A DNA stretch of 64,000 nt, taken from an uncultured virus (IMG/VR IMGVR_UViG_3300045240_000158). Its lineage: Duplodnaviria; Heunggongvirae; Uroviricota; Caudoviricetes. A program made the position numbers and the translations under genes. The stretch's first letter is position 1, and each line of letters opens with the position of its first letter. Location: the IMG/VR virus record IMGVR_UViG_3300045240_000158. One strand, given 5' to 3'. Positions 9,695 to 18,848 of this stretch are shown here, piece by piece. The notes under the pieces are model-generated. The model was given only the letters and a program-made list of their open reading frames with translations, ran no database searches and was not told where the DNA came from.

Positions 9695-10078
9695 ATGTCG
9701 AACGGTCGCGGGCAGTACGGTAACAACGGCGTGATCGTGGGGCAGGCTCCACCGACCACGATCTACGTCGAGCGCCAAAGCTCGTCGATCGGTGCGTGGC
9801 TCCTCGGTGCGGTCGTGGTCGGCGGCGGGATCCTCTACGCACGTCATCAGTCGCAGCAGATCGCGCAGCTCTACAAGAAGGGCGGAATGCCGTACCAGAC
9901 GTTCACGGGAAGCCTGCGCGAAGCGCTGCCGACCCGAGCTCGCCAGACGTATCGGGCGATCACCGGCTACGTCCGTCCGAAGAAGACGCCCGCGGCGATC
10001 GCTGCGCCAGCTGCGGAGGTGCCCACGTCCGCCGAGGCGCCCGCTCACAGCGCCCGATCGCGATCGGGTAAGAGGTAG
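9695..10078 (+). CDS. single-TM protein with RGQYG tag
   Basis: MSNGRGQYG; TM AWLLGAVVVGGGILYA. Confidence 0.75.
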   Translation: MSNGRGQYGNNGVIVGQAPPTTIYVERQSSSIGAWLLGAVVVGGGILYARHQSQQIAQLYKKGGMPYQTFTGSLREALPTRARQTYRAITGYVRPKKTPAAIAAPAAEVPTSAEAPAHSARSRSGKR

Positions 10079-10084
10079 GTCCAG

Positions 10085-10510
10085 ATGGATCCCAACGCAG
10101 CTCTCGGTCGGATCGACCGTGCCGTCCGCGTCGACTCCGAGACGCGCGAGATCATGCGCGGGCTTCATGAGTGGCTCCGCGGCGGAGGCTTCCAGCCCAA
10201 CTGGGAGGCATATCCGACGGGCACCAAGCGCTATCGGCGCGCCTACAAGCTCGCACCCCGCGCTCACACGACGAGGGCTCACGCGACGAAATCGAAAGCG
10301 CCGATCGGTTTCACGAACATCTCGACGACGTATCAGCTCGCGTACCAGACGTACGACGGCAACGTGCAGGTGCGGAAGATCGGCGATCGGCTGTGGGAGA
10401 TCCTGCCGCGTGGCGGGGCGTCGATCTATGAAAAGTCCAAGCAGTCGGCGCTCGAGCGTGCGTTTCAGCTCGCCGCGACGCGCACGGCGCAGAAGGTACG
10501 GAAGAGCTGA
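10085..10510 (+). CDS. basic two-domain hypothetical protein (HATK linker)
   Basis: AGAGGTAGG upstream; RAHTTRAHATKSK linker. Confidence 0.75.
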   Translation: MDPNAALGRIDRAVRVDSETREIMRGLHEWLRGGGFQPNWEAYPTGTKRYRRAYKLAPRAHTTRAHATKSKAPIGFTNISTTYQLAYQTYDGNVQVRKIGDRLWEILPRGGASIYEKSKQSALERAFQLAATRTAQKVRKS

Positions 10511-10764
10511 TGGCGCTGTCTGGTGATCAGAAGAAGCACCTCCTCATCGGTGGAGGACTCGGCGCGCTCGCCCTCGCCGCGGGGTACCTGTTGATCGGCA
10601 AGCGCCACATGCTTCCGGCGGGACGTGGGGATCACGACGAGCATCGACATCATCACGGCCATCACGAAGAGCACGACCAGAGCGAACGCGATCACGAGAA
10701 CGCCCGCGGCGAGTACGGGCGCAAGAGGCACCGGCATCATGGGGAGCATGGGCATGGCGAATAA
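10510..10764 (+). CDS. single-TM His-rich protein with RGEYG tag
   Basis: TM LLIGGGLGALALAAGYLLIG; His-rich tail; ENARGEYG. Confidence 0.7.
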   Translation: MALSGDQKKHLLIGGGLGALALAAGYLLIGKRHMLPAGRGDHDEHRHHHGHHEEHDQSERDHENARGEYGRKRHRHHGEHGHGE

Positions 10765-11281
10765 TGATCGGCCGCCGTGGGAGACGTCGCAGTGGCGGAG
10801 CTTTCATCAGCTGCCGCCCTCGCCGGAGCCTCCGGCGAAGAAGTCGATCGGCGTGTTCGGCATCCTCGCGATTGCTGCGGGCGTGGGCGTTTTTGGCTAC
10901 TTCATGCTGGATGGTCACGCGCATCAGTGCGACGGCTGCGGACATCGCTGGCGGCATCTTGGCGCCTTCAACTTCGGCGATCCGGCGGCGCACACATGCG
11001 CCCGGTGCGGCACTGTCCAGTGGTGGAAGGACGGATTTCAGCACGTGTTCCGAGACCCGAGCCAGCCGCAATACGGCACGCCGCCTCCTCCGCCGCCTCA
11101 GTACGGTGCCCCGCCGCCTCAGTACGGTGCCCCACCGTCTCAGTACGGTGCCCCGCCGCCTCAGTACGGCGCCCCGCCGAGTCCATACGGCGCTCCGCCG
11201 AGTCCATACGGAGCGCCGCCAAGGCAAGAAATTCGCGAGGTTCCCCCCAGCGGGTTACCTTCCTGGAAGGAGCACGTATGA
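10754..11281 (+). CDS. TM + zinc-ribbon protein with QYGAPP repeats
   Basis: TM; CDGC...CARC; about seven (Q/P)YG(A/T)PP repeats. Confidence 0.75.
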   Translation: MANNDRPPWETSQWRSFHQLPPSPEPPAKKSIGVFGILAIAAGVGVFGYFMLDGHAHQCDGCGHRWRHLGAFNFGDPAAHTCARCGTVQWWKDGFQHVFRDPSQPQYGTPPPPPPQYGAPPPQYGAPPSQYGAPPPQYGAPPSPYGAPPSPYGAPPRQEIREVPPSGLPSWKEHV

Positions 11282-13458
11282 GCGCAGACGGCAGCTATCC
11301 AGACGTCGCGGCGCGAGCTGTGGCGAGCGCCTCCCAGCAGACGCCGTCGCCGATCTACGGCTACCTCCGCGTCGGCACCCAGCAGAAAATCTACCTGTTC
11401 GGCACGCTCGAGCAGGGGAGCGGGTGGCTCGCCACGATCGTCCATGCGCAAGCGCAGCCGTACGACTACGCGGCGGTGTTCGCGGCGACGGACCTCACGC
11501 GTCCTGTTCCGGGCATGGAGAGCTTCGGCCACACCGTCGTCAGTGGCGGCGTCGGTACCGAGGATCCTTACCGCAATCTTGGTGATCGCGAAGCGCGAGA
11601 AGCAGTGGAGGCGCGATTCCGCGAATTCCCCCCGGCACAGCGGGATGATGTCGCCTTCTGGCGTTTCGAGCGCAAGAGCGCCATAGCGGACTTCACGGAT
11701 CAAGCGACGCGTTTCCTCAACGATCCACTCAATCGATACAGCTATTTGTGGGGAACGAAGGTGGCGCTCGCGAGGATCGCTTACGCGGATCGCGAGCTGG
11801 CGCGGCTTCATGCCGGTGGAACAGCTGTCGGAGTGGGTTCCGACGGCAGCTACCCCGAGGTCGCCGCGCGCGCTGTGACGAACGCAGCCCAACAGGCGGC
11901 GTCGCCGCTCTACGGCTATGTCCGTCTCGGTGCTCAGCAGAAGGTCTACCTCTTCGGCGCGATCGGCGACGCCCAGCAGTGGCTCGGCGCATTCGTTCAC
12001 GGTCAGGCGCCGTACGAGTATGCAGCGGTGTTCGCGGCGACAGACCTCTCGCGTCCGATCGCGGGCATGGAAAGCTTCGCGCACACGGCCGTCAGCGGAG
12101 CCTACATCGGCGCGGACGGCAGCTACCCCGAGGTCGCCGCGCGCGCTGTGACGAACGCAGCCCAACAGGCGGCGTCGCCGCTCTACGGCTATGTCCGTCT
12201 CGGTGCTCAGCAGAAGGTCTACCTCTTCGGCGCGATCGGCGACGCCCAGCAGTGGCTCGGGTCGATCGTCAACGGGCAGTCGCCGTACGACTACGTCGCG
12301 ATCTTCGCCGCACCGAACCTCTCGCACCCCCTACCGGGCATGGAGAGCTTCGGGCGCGCGGCGATCAGCGGGACGTACGTCGGCAGCCTGCTGCCGTTCT
12401 TGCTCGGTCTGCCACTCGGCGGTCTCGCGGGCTACTTCCTGCGGCGCTGGCAGGAGGAGAATCCGGGCCACACGCTCCCGGGTGTCTCGCCGGGGGTGCT
12501 GAAGGCGCCGAGCATCCCGCCGACAGCGGCGAAGACGTCGGGTGACTACAACGTCGGCGGCCCGTGGCTCGACATCGAAGCGCCGTACGTGGGTGGCCCG
12601 TGGCTCGACATGGTCGGCCCGCAGGTCGGTGGTCCGTGGCTCGACATGGTCGGCCCGCAGGTCGGTGGTCCGTGGCTCGACATGGTCGGCCCGCAGGTCG
12701 GTGCGTCGATGTATCCGTCGCACGATCGGCCCTACCATGGCGAGTCGGAAGCCGATCGCAAACGGAAGTGGCCGCAGACCCGCGCCCTCATCGAGGCGGC
12801 CAAGCGAGAGGCCGTCGACTACAACGCGGCGTACCCGGCCGCGGCGCTGGTCTGGAGCCTCGATCCGTCGGGGCCGTCGTCGGTGCCGGGTGTCCAGCTG
12901 ACCGGAGGCACGACGATGACCATGCCGTTCTCGTCGTACGCGGAGGCCCTCGACTACATGCGGAGCCGCGTGCAGACGCCGCACGTGGCGCTGGCGCTGT
13001 TCGACACCACGAGCCCGCACTGGCCCAACCCGATGAGCTGGACCAAGAGCGACGATCCGGTCTACGCGCAGATCATCGCGGAGCGGACCGGGACGGTGCG
13101 CACCGCGGGTGACTACGGCAGCACGGCGATCGGCAGCGCACTCGATGACGTGCGCAAGAAGGCGGAGGATCTTGCGGCACGTCGCGCCGGGAACGTCATC
13201 GGGGTCATCCACACGGCGAAGGACGACCTGTGGCATGTGCTCGCGTTCCACAGCGCCGATGATGCCGACGACTGGCTCAATACCGCGACGCAAGATCCGG
13301 CCTCGTACACTTACGCGGCGTACTTCGACAAGCATGGTGACTCCTGGCCGCACGCGTACATCGAGAAGATCAGCGGCATGCGCGCAGCTCCGGGCACAGA
13401 AGTTCCGCGCAGGTCGGCTTCGGTCGGTTGGCGTCACCGCCATGGATGGGCAGCTTGA
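11278..13458 (+). CDS. modular polyprotein-like protein with repeated ~90-aa modules
   Basis: AAGGAG RBS; three DGSYPxVAARAV modules, GGPWLDMVGPQV repeats, two further YxAxFD modules. Confidence 0.85.
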   Translation: MSADGSYPDVAARAVASASQQTPSPIYGYLRVGTQQKIYLFGTLEQGSGWLATIVHAQAQPYDYAAVFAATDLTRPVPGMESFGHTVVSGGVGTEDPYRNLGDREAREAVEARFREFPPAQRDDVAFWRFERKSAIADFTDQATRFLNDPLNRYSYLWGTKVALARIAYADRELARLHAGGTAVGVGSDGSYPEVAARAVTNAAQQAASPLYGYVRLGAQQKVYLFGAIGDAQQWLGAFVHGQAPYEYAAVFAATDLSRPIAGMESFAHTAVSGAYIGADGSYPEVAARAVTNAAQQAASPLYGYVRLGAQQKVYLFGAIGDAQQWLGSIVNGQSPYDYVAIFAAPNLSHPLPGMESFGRAAISGTYVGSLLPFLLGLPLGGLAGYFLRRWQEENPGHTLPGVSPGVLKAPSIPPTAAKTSGDYNVGGPWLDIEAPYVGGPWLDMVGPQVGGPWLDMVGPQVGGPWLDMVGPQVGASMYPSHDRPYHGESEADRKRKWPQTRALIEAAKREAVDYNAAYPAAALVWSLDPSGPSSVPGVQLTGGTTMTMPFSSYAEALDYMRSRVQTPHVALALFDTTSPHWPNPMSWTKSDDPVYAQIIAERTGTVRTAGDYGSTAIGSALDDVRKKAEDLAARRAGNVIGVIHTAKDDLWHVLAFHSADDADDWLNTATQDPASYTYAAYFDKHGDSWPHAYIEKISGMRAAPGTEVPRRSASVGWRHRHGWAA
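11842..12260 (+). repeat. 146-nt identical direct repeat (11842-11987 and 12115-12260)
   Basis: Direct comparison; period 273 nt = 91 codons. Confidence 0.85.
12556..12702 (+). repeat. 36-nt in-frame tandem repeat, about 4 units (GGPWLDMVGPQV)
   Basis: ggtggtccgtggctcgacatggtcggcccgcaggtc repeated. Confidence 0.85.
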
Positions 13459-13480
13459 AGGGTACGAAGGGAGCACGCTG

Positions 13481-13645
13481 ATGGCGAACGAACGCGGCAC
13501 ATACGGCACGGTCAAGACGTTCGGCGAGGGGATGCTCGCGGGCGCAGTCGTCCTCGGAGTCGGCGCGCTGCTGCTGCGCTACGCGGCGCAGGCGCAGAAG
13601 GCGCACGTCGAGGCGATCAACCTCTACCGGCCGAGGACGGGCTGA
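13481..13645 (+). CDS. small single-TM protein with RGTYG tag
   Basis: AAGGGAG RBS; MANERGTYG; TM MLAGAVVLGVGALLL. Confidence 0.7.
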   Translation: MANERGTYGTVKTFGEGMLAGAVVLGVGALLLRYAAQAQKAHVEAINLYRPRTG

Positions 13646-13647
13646 AG

Positions 13648-14169
13648 ATGAACGCGCGCGGACAGTACGGCACGCGCGTGGGCGACGCGATCGATCCGCG
13701 CTTCGCGGCGCGTCGTCGCGCCGTCCGCGCTGTCTTCGACATGTACGCGTACGCCCGCGCACCGTACTACGTCTACGCCGAGGTCAACGGGATCGTCGAC
13801 AAGCGTGCCGCGCAGTCGCTCGAGGAAGCCAGCGCGATCTTCTCTTCCTTCGACCGTGCTCCGGGCGAGGTGTACGTCGCGATCTTTGACGCCTCCGACG
13901 CGGTGTACTGGCCGGGGCCGTCGCGCGACGTTTACCGGCCGGTGGTCTCGGAGAGCTCCGCGCGTGTCGCAGGGGTCGAGTCCACACTCGCGACCGGTGC
14001 GAGTGACGTCTGGGCGATCCTCAAGTTCGGTGCGTGGGCCGTGCTCGGCGTCGGCACCGTCGTCGCGCTTTCGAGCGTCGTCCAGAACCTGCGCAGCGGG
14101 CAGGATCCGGCCGCGAAGTACATGGAGCTTTTCCGCGCTCGTCGCGCGCATGCGGGGCCAATGCCATGA
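13648..14169 (+). CDS. RGQYG tag + YxAxFD module + TM
   Basis: MNARGQYG; YVAIFDASDAVYWPGP; C-terminal TM. Confidence 0.8.
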   Translation: MNARGQYGTRVGDAIDPRFAARRRAVRAVFDMYAYARAPYYVYAEVNGIVDKRAAQSLEEASAIFSSFDRAPGEVYVAIFDASDAVYWPGPSRDVYRPVVSESSARVAGVESTLATGASDVWAILKFGAWAVLGVGTVVALSSVVQNLRSGQDPAAKYMELFRARRAHAGPMP

Positions 14170-15494
14170 ACAGCCTTGATCCTTGGCGTGTCATCGTGAC
14201 GGATCCGGCCGGTGAGGTTGTCTGGCCGCGCCCCTACTACGGTCACCCCTTCTACCAGGAAATCCCGAGCTGGATTCACTATGGGGACGACAACAGCACG
14301 ACGCGACAACTCTTCGACGGCGTCTTCATCGGCGCTGATCCTCACGCAGGAGCACGCACCATGAACACTACCAACGCGCAGCGCGCCGGACTCGTCGCGG
14401 AGATCGCACCCGTCGTCGCTCCTGCGACTGGCGGGATCACCTTCAAGAAGGAGCTGGACGACAAGCAGATCCTCCACGTCGAGATCTGCGTCGATGGCAA
14501 GTGCTATCGCGCGCAGATGGACCTCGCGCCGGCGATCGCGATGGTGATGGACAAGCTCGCCGCGTGGCACCACGCACAGCATGCGCAGACGGTCGTGGGA
14601 AGCTCGCTCAACACAGCTGTGGACGAGGCCGCTAACGGAATGGTCGTCGCCCTCGTCGGGCGACACATCTCGACGATCTGCGGCAGCTTCCTCGACGACA
14701 TCGGCAGTGCGATCAAGGGCGCGGCCAGCGGGCTGGCAGGCGGGGTGATGGACACGGTCAAGCAGTTCAAGGGTCCGATCGCGGCAGCCGCGGGGACAGC
14801 AGCAGCGGCGGGAGCCGCGATGATCCCGGGCGTCGGCCCGATCGCGGCGCCGCTCGCCAGCAAGCTCGCCAACGATCTCGTCAACTCGGCGATCGGTGAC
14901 CCGCAGGCGCAGCAGGCGGTCGCCGCGGCCAAGCAGCAGGCCCAGACCGATCCGACCGTCGCGGTCGCGCTGAGCGAGGCCCAGAAGGCAACGGCCCATT
15001 CGACGGTGGCGCATCACGTTCATCGCACGGCGAAGCACGCCGCGCAGGGTCAGCCCCAGGCCCAGCAGCAAATCACCCAGGTCGCCAATGCCGCCCAGTC
15101 CGGCGATCCAGCCGCCAAGGCGATCATGAGCCTCATCGCGAGTGCCTTCGGTGGGTCGACGATCGCCTCCGGCTGGCACGACATCGTCGGTGCGGCGATC
15201 GACGATGTGCGTGCCAGCGCGCAGACCGTCGCGCGCGGCAACAACGCGAGCGTCGTCGGCGTCATCCGCACCGCGCGTGGCGTGTGGCAGTCGAGGGGGT
15301 TCCGCGACGCAGATGCTGCGGACGACTGGCTCGGGGGCACGACGCGCGATCCATCGGCGTACGTGTACGCCGCGATCTTCGACAAGACGGACTACACCTG
15401 GCCATATCCGCTCAACGAGAAGATCGGCACCGCGCGTGAAGTTCCTGCCGAGGGCGCGCCGATCCATCGCGGGGTCGCGACGACGAGCGGTTGA
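14166..15494 (+). CDS. Ala-rich helical protein with C-terminal YxAxFD module (possible internal start 14361)
   Basis: ATGA overlap at 14166; AGGAG before in-frame ATG 14361; GWHDIVG; YVYAAIFDKTDYTWPYP. Confidence 0.8.
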   Translation: MNSLDPWRVIVTDPAGEVVWPRPYYGHPFYQEIPSWIHYGDDNSTTRQLFDGVFIGADPHAGARTMNTTNAQRAGLVAEIAPVVAPATGGITFKKELDDKQILHVEICVDGKCYRAQMDLAPAIAMVMDKLAAWHHAQHAQTVVGSSLNTAVDEAANGMVVALVGRHISTICGSFLDDIGSAIKGAASGLAGGVMDTVKQFKGPIAAAAGTAAAAGAAMIPGVGPIAAPLASKLANDLVNSAIGDPQAQQAVAAAKQQAQTDPTVAVALSEAQKATAHSTVAHHVHRTAKHAAQGQPQAQQQITQVANAAQSGDPAAKAIMSLIASAFGGSTIASGWHDIVGAAIDDVRASAQTVARGNNASVVGVIRTARGVWQSRGFRDADAADDWLGGTTRDPSAYVYAAIFDKTDYTWPYPLNEKIGTAREVPAEGAPIHRGVATTSG

Positions 15495-15594
15495 TAAGGC
15501 AAAGGAGACGCGCGTGCCGCGTAGATCAAGCTGTCAGGTCGAAGACATCGAAGCGCTCTTGCGCGGGCCGTCGTGCGCCCAAGGAGACGCGTAG

Positions 15595-16344
15595 ATGATC
15601 GGAGCAGCTGTCGACAGAGGCGCGACGAGTCAGATCCCAGGCTCGCTGTTCTGGGCCTATCAGGCCTCGTTGAATCGCCAGACGGACTTGTTGTTCTGGC
15701 AGGAGACGCACTACAAGCCGAACCAGCGGCTCAACCCGTCGGATCCGGTCGATAGCAAGATGATCCAGCGGTGGTGGGCGACGCGAGCGCGCGTCGAGCA
15801 GAGCCGCACACCGAGGGACTTGATCCGCTCGCAAGCTGTCGAGCAGGTATTCGCCAAGCACGTCCGCGATCCCAATCCGCTGCTGGTGTATGCGGCCGGA
15901 CCCGGTGGTGACTCGATGAAGTCCTTCCCGGGGTTCAGCGGTAAGCAGGTCGACGAGTACGTGCGGGCGCGGACGGGTGACTCGAGCTACATCGCGATCT
16001 TCAATGCGGCGGATTCGAGGTGGCCACAGCCCACCTACGAGACCTACCCGGGAGGGGAGACGCGTGAGATCGAGATCGATCAGCCCTCCCCACCGACTGT
16101 GTCTGGTAACGCGTCGGCGGTCATCTATCACGAGGGTCTCGTGCTCAGGCCACTCTCCCCGGATGAGGCAGCCGAGCAAGTTGTCTCACTGGAGCGATCT
16201 CTGGGGAGATTGCTCAAGATCTTTCGGCCGGGCGACGTGCTCTATTATTGGGACGGACCCTGGGGCGTGCTCGCCGGCAGCCGAGGGATCGCGATCGTCC
16301 GCCGCGGCGTCGTCGTCGAAACCTTCACGACGATGATTTCTTGA
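15595..16344 (+). CDS. modular protein (TD..FW..T.YKP module + YxAxF module)
   Basis: AAGGAG RBS; modules shared with CDS 21021 and 11278. Confidence 0.8.
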   Translation: MIGAAVDRGATSQIPGSLFWAYQASLNRQTDLLFWQETHYKPNQRLNPSDPVDSKMIQRWWATRARVEQSRTPRDLIRSQAVEQVFAKHVRDPNPLLVYAAGPGGDSMKSFPGFSGKQVDEYVRARTGDSSYIAIFNAADSRWPQPTYETYPGGETREIEIDQPSPPTVSGNASAVIYHEGLVLRPLSPDEAAEQVVSLERSLGRLLKIFRPGDVLYYWDGPWGVLAGSRGIAIVRRGVVVETFTTMIS

Positions 16345-16355
16345 AGGAGCATGCG

Positions 16356-16757
16356 ATGGGCAAGACGAACGTCGGTGACATCCTCGCCAAAGCGACGGCC
16401 TTCGGCGTGGCCGGCTGGGTCGCGGAGAACGCGCTCTCCGATCACGACCGCTACTCGGCGCTGTTCAAGGGACACCGGGTTCCGTTCCTGCCGGTCTACG
16501 CATTCGGTGGTATCGCGATGACGACGGCCGCGCCCCTCGTTGGCAAGTGGCCGACGTTGGCGCGCGGTCTCGCGTACGCGATCCTCGGCACCGCGATCGA
16601 GTACGCGGGGTGCAGGATCGATCGCGACCTGCTCCGCAACCGGTCGTGGGACTATGGACAGCGCGATGCGTTAGCCCGCGCCTCCGACGGCTGCCTCAAC
16701 TTCGCGCATGCGGCACTGTGGGGCGGAGTCGGGCTCATCGCGGAGAAATTCAAATGA
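16356..16757 (+). CDS. membrane protein, putative ABC transporter permease (CmpB/DUF1113-like)
   Basis: GWVAE...PFLPVYAFG...IEY...WDY...CL...WG pattern. Confidence 0.6.
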   Translation: MGKTNVGDILAKATAFGVAGWVAENALSDHDRYSALFKGHRVPFLPVYAFGGIAMTTAAPLVGKWPTLARGLAYAILGTAIEYAGCRIDRDLLRNRSWDYGQRDALARASDGCLNFAHAALWGGVGLIAEKFK

Positions 16758-16969
16758 GTCCGCTCGCTACAATGACCGACGGTGAGCGTCTGGTGTGGGC
16801 AGCGGCCTTCGCGCTCGCGATCGAGCATGCCGATGACGGATCGACCGCGGTCAAGGTCGCGACGCGGACGGTGCAGAAGCTGCGAGCTATTGCCGACGCT
16901 CCGGCGTCAGCGGAGCACTTCACTGTCGACGAGCGCGAATGCCTCGACGAGATCGCGAAGGCACCGTGA
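16754..16969 (+). CDS. small hypothetical protein
   Basis: ATGA overlap; coupled to neighbours. Confidence 0.55.
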   Translation: MSPLATMTDGERLVWAAAFALAIEHADDGSTAVKVATRTVQKLRAIADAPASAEHFTVDERECLDEIAKAP

Positions 16970-17139
16970 CGAATGTGACGAACGACGAGAAGTGCGAGGC
17001 GTGCGATAAAGCGCGCGGCGGCGAGACCTACGGTTGGACCTGGACGTGGAGCGATCTCGCCAGGCGATCGTTGTGTTTTTGTCCGTCGTGCGCGGAGCGG
17101 TTGCCGTCACCCTCCGAAGACAGGAGACTGCCGTCATGA
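16966..17139 (+). CDS. small zinc-finger protein
   Basis: CEAC...CPSC; GTGA and ATGA overlaps. Confidence 0.5.
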   Translation: MTNVTNDEKCEACDKARGGETYGWTWTWSDLARRSLCFCPSCAERLPSPSEDRRLPS

Positions 17140-17963
17140 TCCCGCTCGTGATCCTACTCGGCCTGGGTGTCGCCGCGCTCGCGACATACGAGTTCTCCCC
17201 CAAGACGCACGCGTGGGTCGACGAGCACGTCGCGGCGATCCGTGCCGCGGTCGCGGCGCATTCCGAGGCCGACGCGCACATCGCCGACGCGCAGGCGGCC
17301 GTGGCTGCGCATCAGTCCATGCCGCCAGCACCGCCAGCAGCGCCGCCAGCAGCACCGCCAGCAGCGCCGCCAGCACCGCTACCGCCAGCACTGCCGAAAC
17401 AGACACCGCCTCCACCGGCGCCCCCCTCACCGGCGCCCCCAGCTCCGGTACCGTCAGATCCTTCGATCATCGACCAGGGGACAGCCCTGCTCAAGCACGC
17501 CTGGGACAAGCTGCTCGCGGCGTCTGCCGCGAACGCGCGCGCCGCGGACGCCACGGCTACCGCGGGCAAGACAGCCTCGACGCCGCAGGAGAAGGCGGCG
17601 ACCGCGCAGAGCGCCGCCGCCGTCGAGACACGGGCCAAGACAATCCAGGAGGCGCAGGCCTCCATCGGGGGTTTGGGTCGCTGCGGACTACGCACGTATG
17701 GCAACGTGACTGCTGCGAAGAAGGACATGCTCCTCGGCAAGCTTCACGCACAGGGGATGACCGTCACGGGTGGCAACCCGTGGGACGTGGATACCAAGAC
17801 GGCCGGAGTGAAGCTCCGCGCGCTCTGGGACCCGGCTGGGCAGACGCTGTACCTGATCGTCGTTGCGCCGACTGATCCGACGCTGTATCCGGCGCTGTGC
17901 GGCATGATTTGGAATCAGATCGATCCGGTCTTGAAAGAGATCGGCGCGAGCAGGACGGCATGA
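17136..17963 (+). CDS. N-terminal TM, Pro/Ala-rich protein
   Basis: CAGGAG RBS; MIPLVILLGLGVAAL; PPAA repeats. Confidence 0.8.
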   Translation: MIPLVILLGLGVAALATYEFSPKTHAWVDEHVAAIRAAVAAHSEADAHIADAQAAVAAHQSMPPAPPAAPPAAPPAAPPAPLPPALPKQTPPPPAPPSPAPPAPVPSDPSIIDQGTALLKHAWDKLLAASAANARAADATATAGKTASTPQEKAATAQSAAAVETRAKTIQEAQASIGGLGRCGLRTYGNVTAAKKDMLLGKLHAQGMTVTGGNPWDVDTKTAGVKLRALWDPAGQTLYLIVVAPTDPTLYPALCGMIWNQIDPVLKEIGASRTA

Positions 17964-18784
17964 CGCGCGACCGCGGCCATTACGGCCCTCTCGATCGCGA
18001 TCGACACTGGGTCGTCGGTTGGGGAGCCGATCGCGTGTCTGACCGAGTTCAAGATCGGATCGGTGCGGCCATTGCTCCCTACATGCCGGTCGTCGCTGAT
18101 ATCTCGAGCGCCCGTCGCGGTGCCCAGCGCTGGTGGGAGGCCTCGCGTGCGATCGGCGGCCGGTCGGAGGCCGAGAGGCCAGCCACCGAGATCGGCCAGG
18201 AACTGTTTCATACGGTTGCCGATCGCGAGCGCGCGATCATCTATTTGTCGACGAGCTTCCGTGCGCTCGTGAGCGATCTTGCTATCTGGCAGGAGTCGAA
18301 CAAAGGGCATCCCGACGCGAGCATCAACGCGCAGTGGTTCGCCGCGGACGTCACGCCGACGCTCGAAGAATGGAATGAGTTTGTCGAGCACGAGCGGAAG
18401 TCGTGGTGGACCAAGCTGGCGACGAGCTGGGAAACCTTTCCGATGTGGTGGGAGCGGCTCAAACAGCTTCGTTCGCTGGCCCGTGCGCACGGCATCATGC
18501 TTCAGAGTGCCGAGTTGGTTCCGCTGCCCAAGACGATCTGGGAGAAGAGTGCCGAGGGTAAGGGTACGGAGGCGACTGCGATCCTGGGCGTCCTCAAGAT
18601 CGGCGCCTATACCATGCTCGGTATCATGGGCGTCGCGGGCCTCTACGGCGCGGTCAGAAATCTCAGGTCGAAGGCGCGCGTCGCGGCGGATCGCGAGGCA
18701 CTGCGAGAGATCTTGCGTCACGAGTTGCACGAAGAGCTGCGCGAGAAGGCCGCGGCAATGACGCCTCAAGATCTGTCACGCTGA
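17960..18784 (+). CDS. RGHYG-tagged helical protein with C-terminal TM
   Basis: MTRDRGHYG; TM YTMLGIMGVAGLYGAV. Confidence 0.8.
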   Translation: MTRDRGHYGPLDRDRHWVVGWGADRVSDRVQDRIGAAIAPYMPVVADISSARRGAQRWWEASRAIGGRSEAERPATEIGQELFHTVADRERAIIYLSTSFRALVSDLAIWQESNKGHPDASINAQWFAADVTPTLEEWNEFVEHERKSWWTKLATSWETFPMWWERLKQLRSLARAHGIMLQSAELVPLPKTIWEKSAEGKGTEATAILGVLKIGAYTMLGIMGVAGLYGAVRNLRSKARVAADREALREILRHELHEELREKAAAMTPQDLSR

Positions 18785-18848
18785 TCGCGAACTTCCGCGA
18801 GATCTGTCGTGTTGATCGTAGATCGCGTTCTCCGTGTTAAAAAGGCCC

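Noticed and set aside
12556..12702. 36-nt repeats as a CRISPR array
   Set aside because: Tandem with no unique spacers, in frame within a CDS, and no cas genes.
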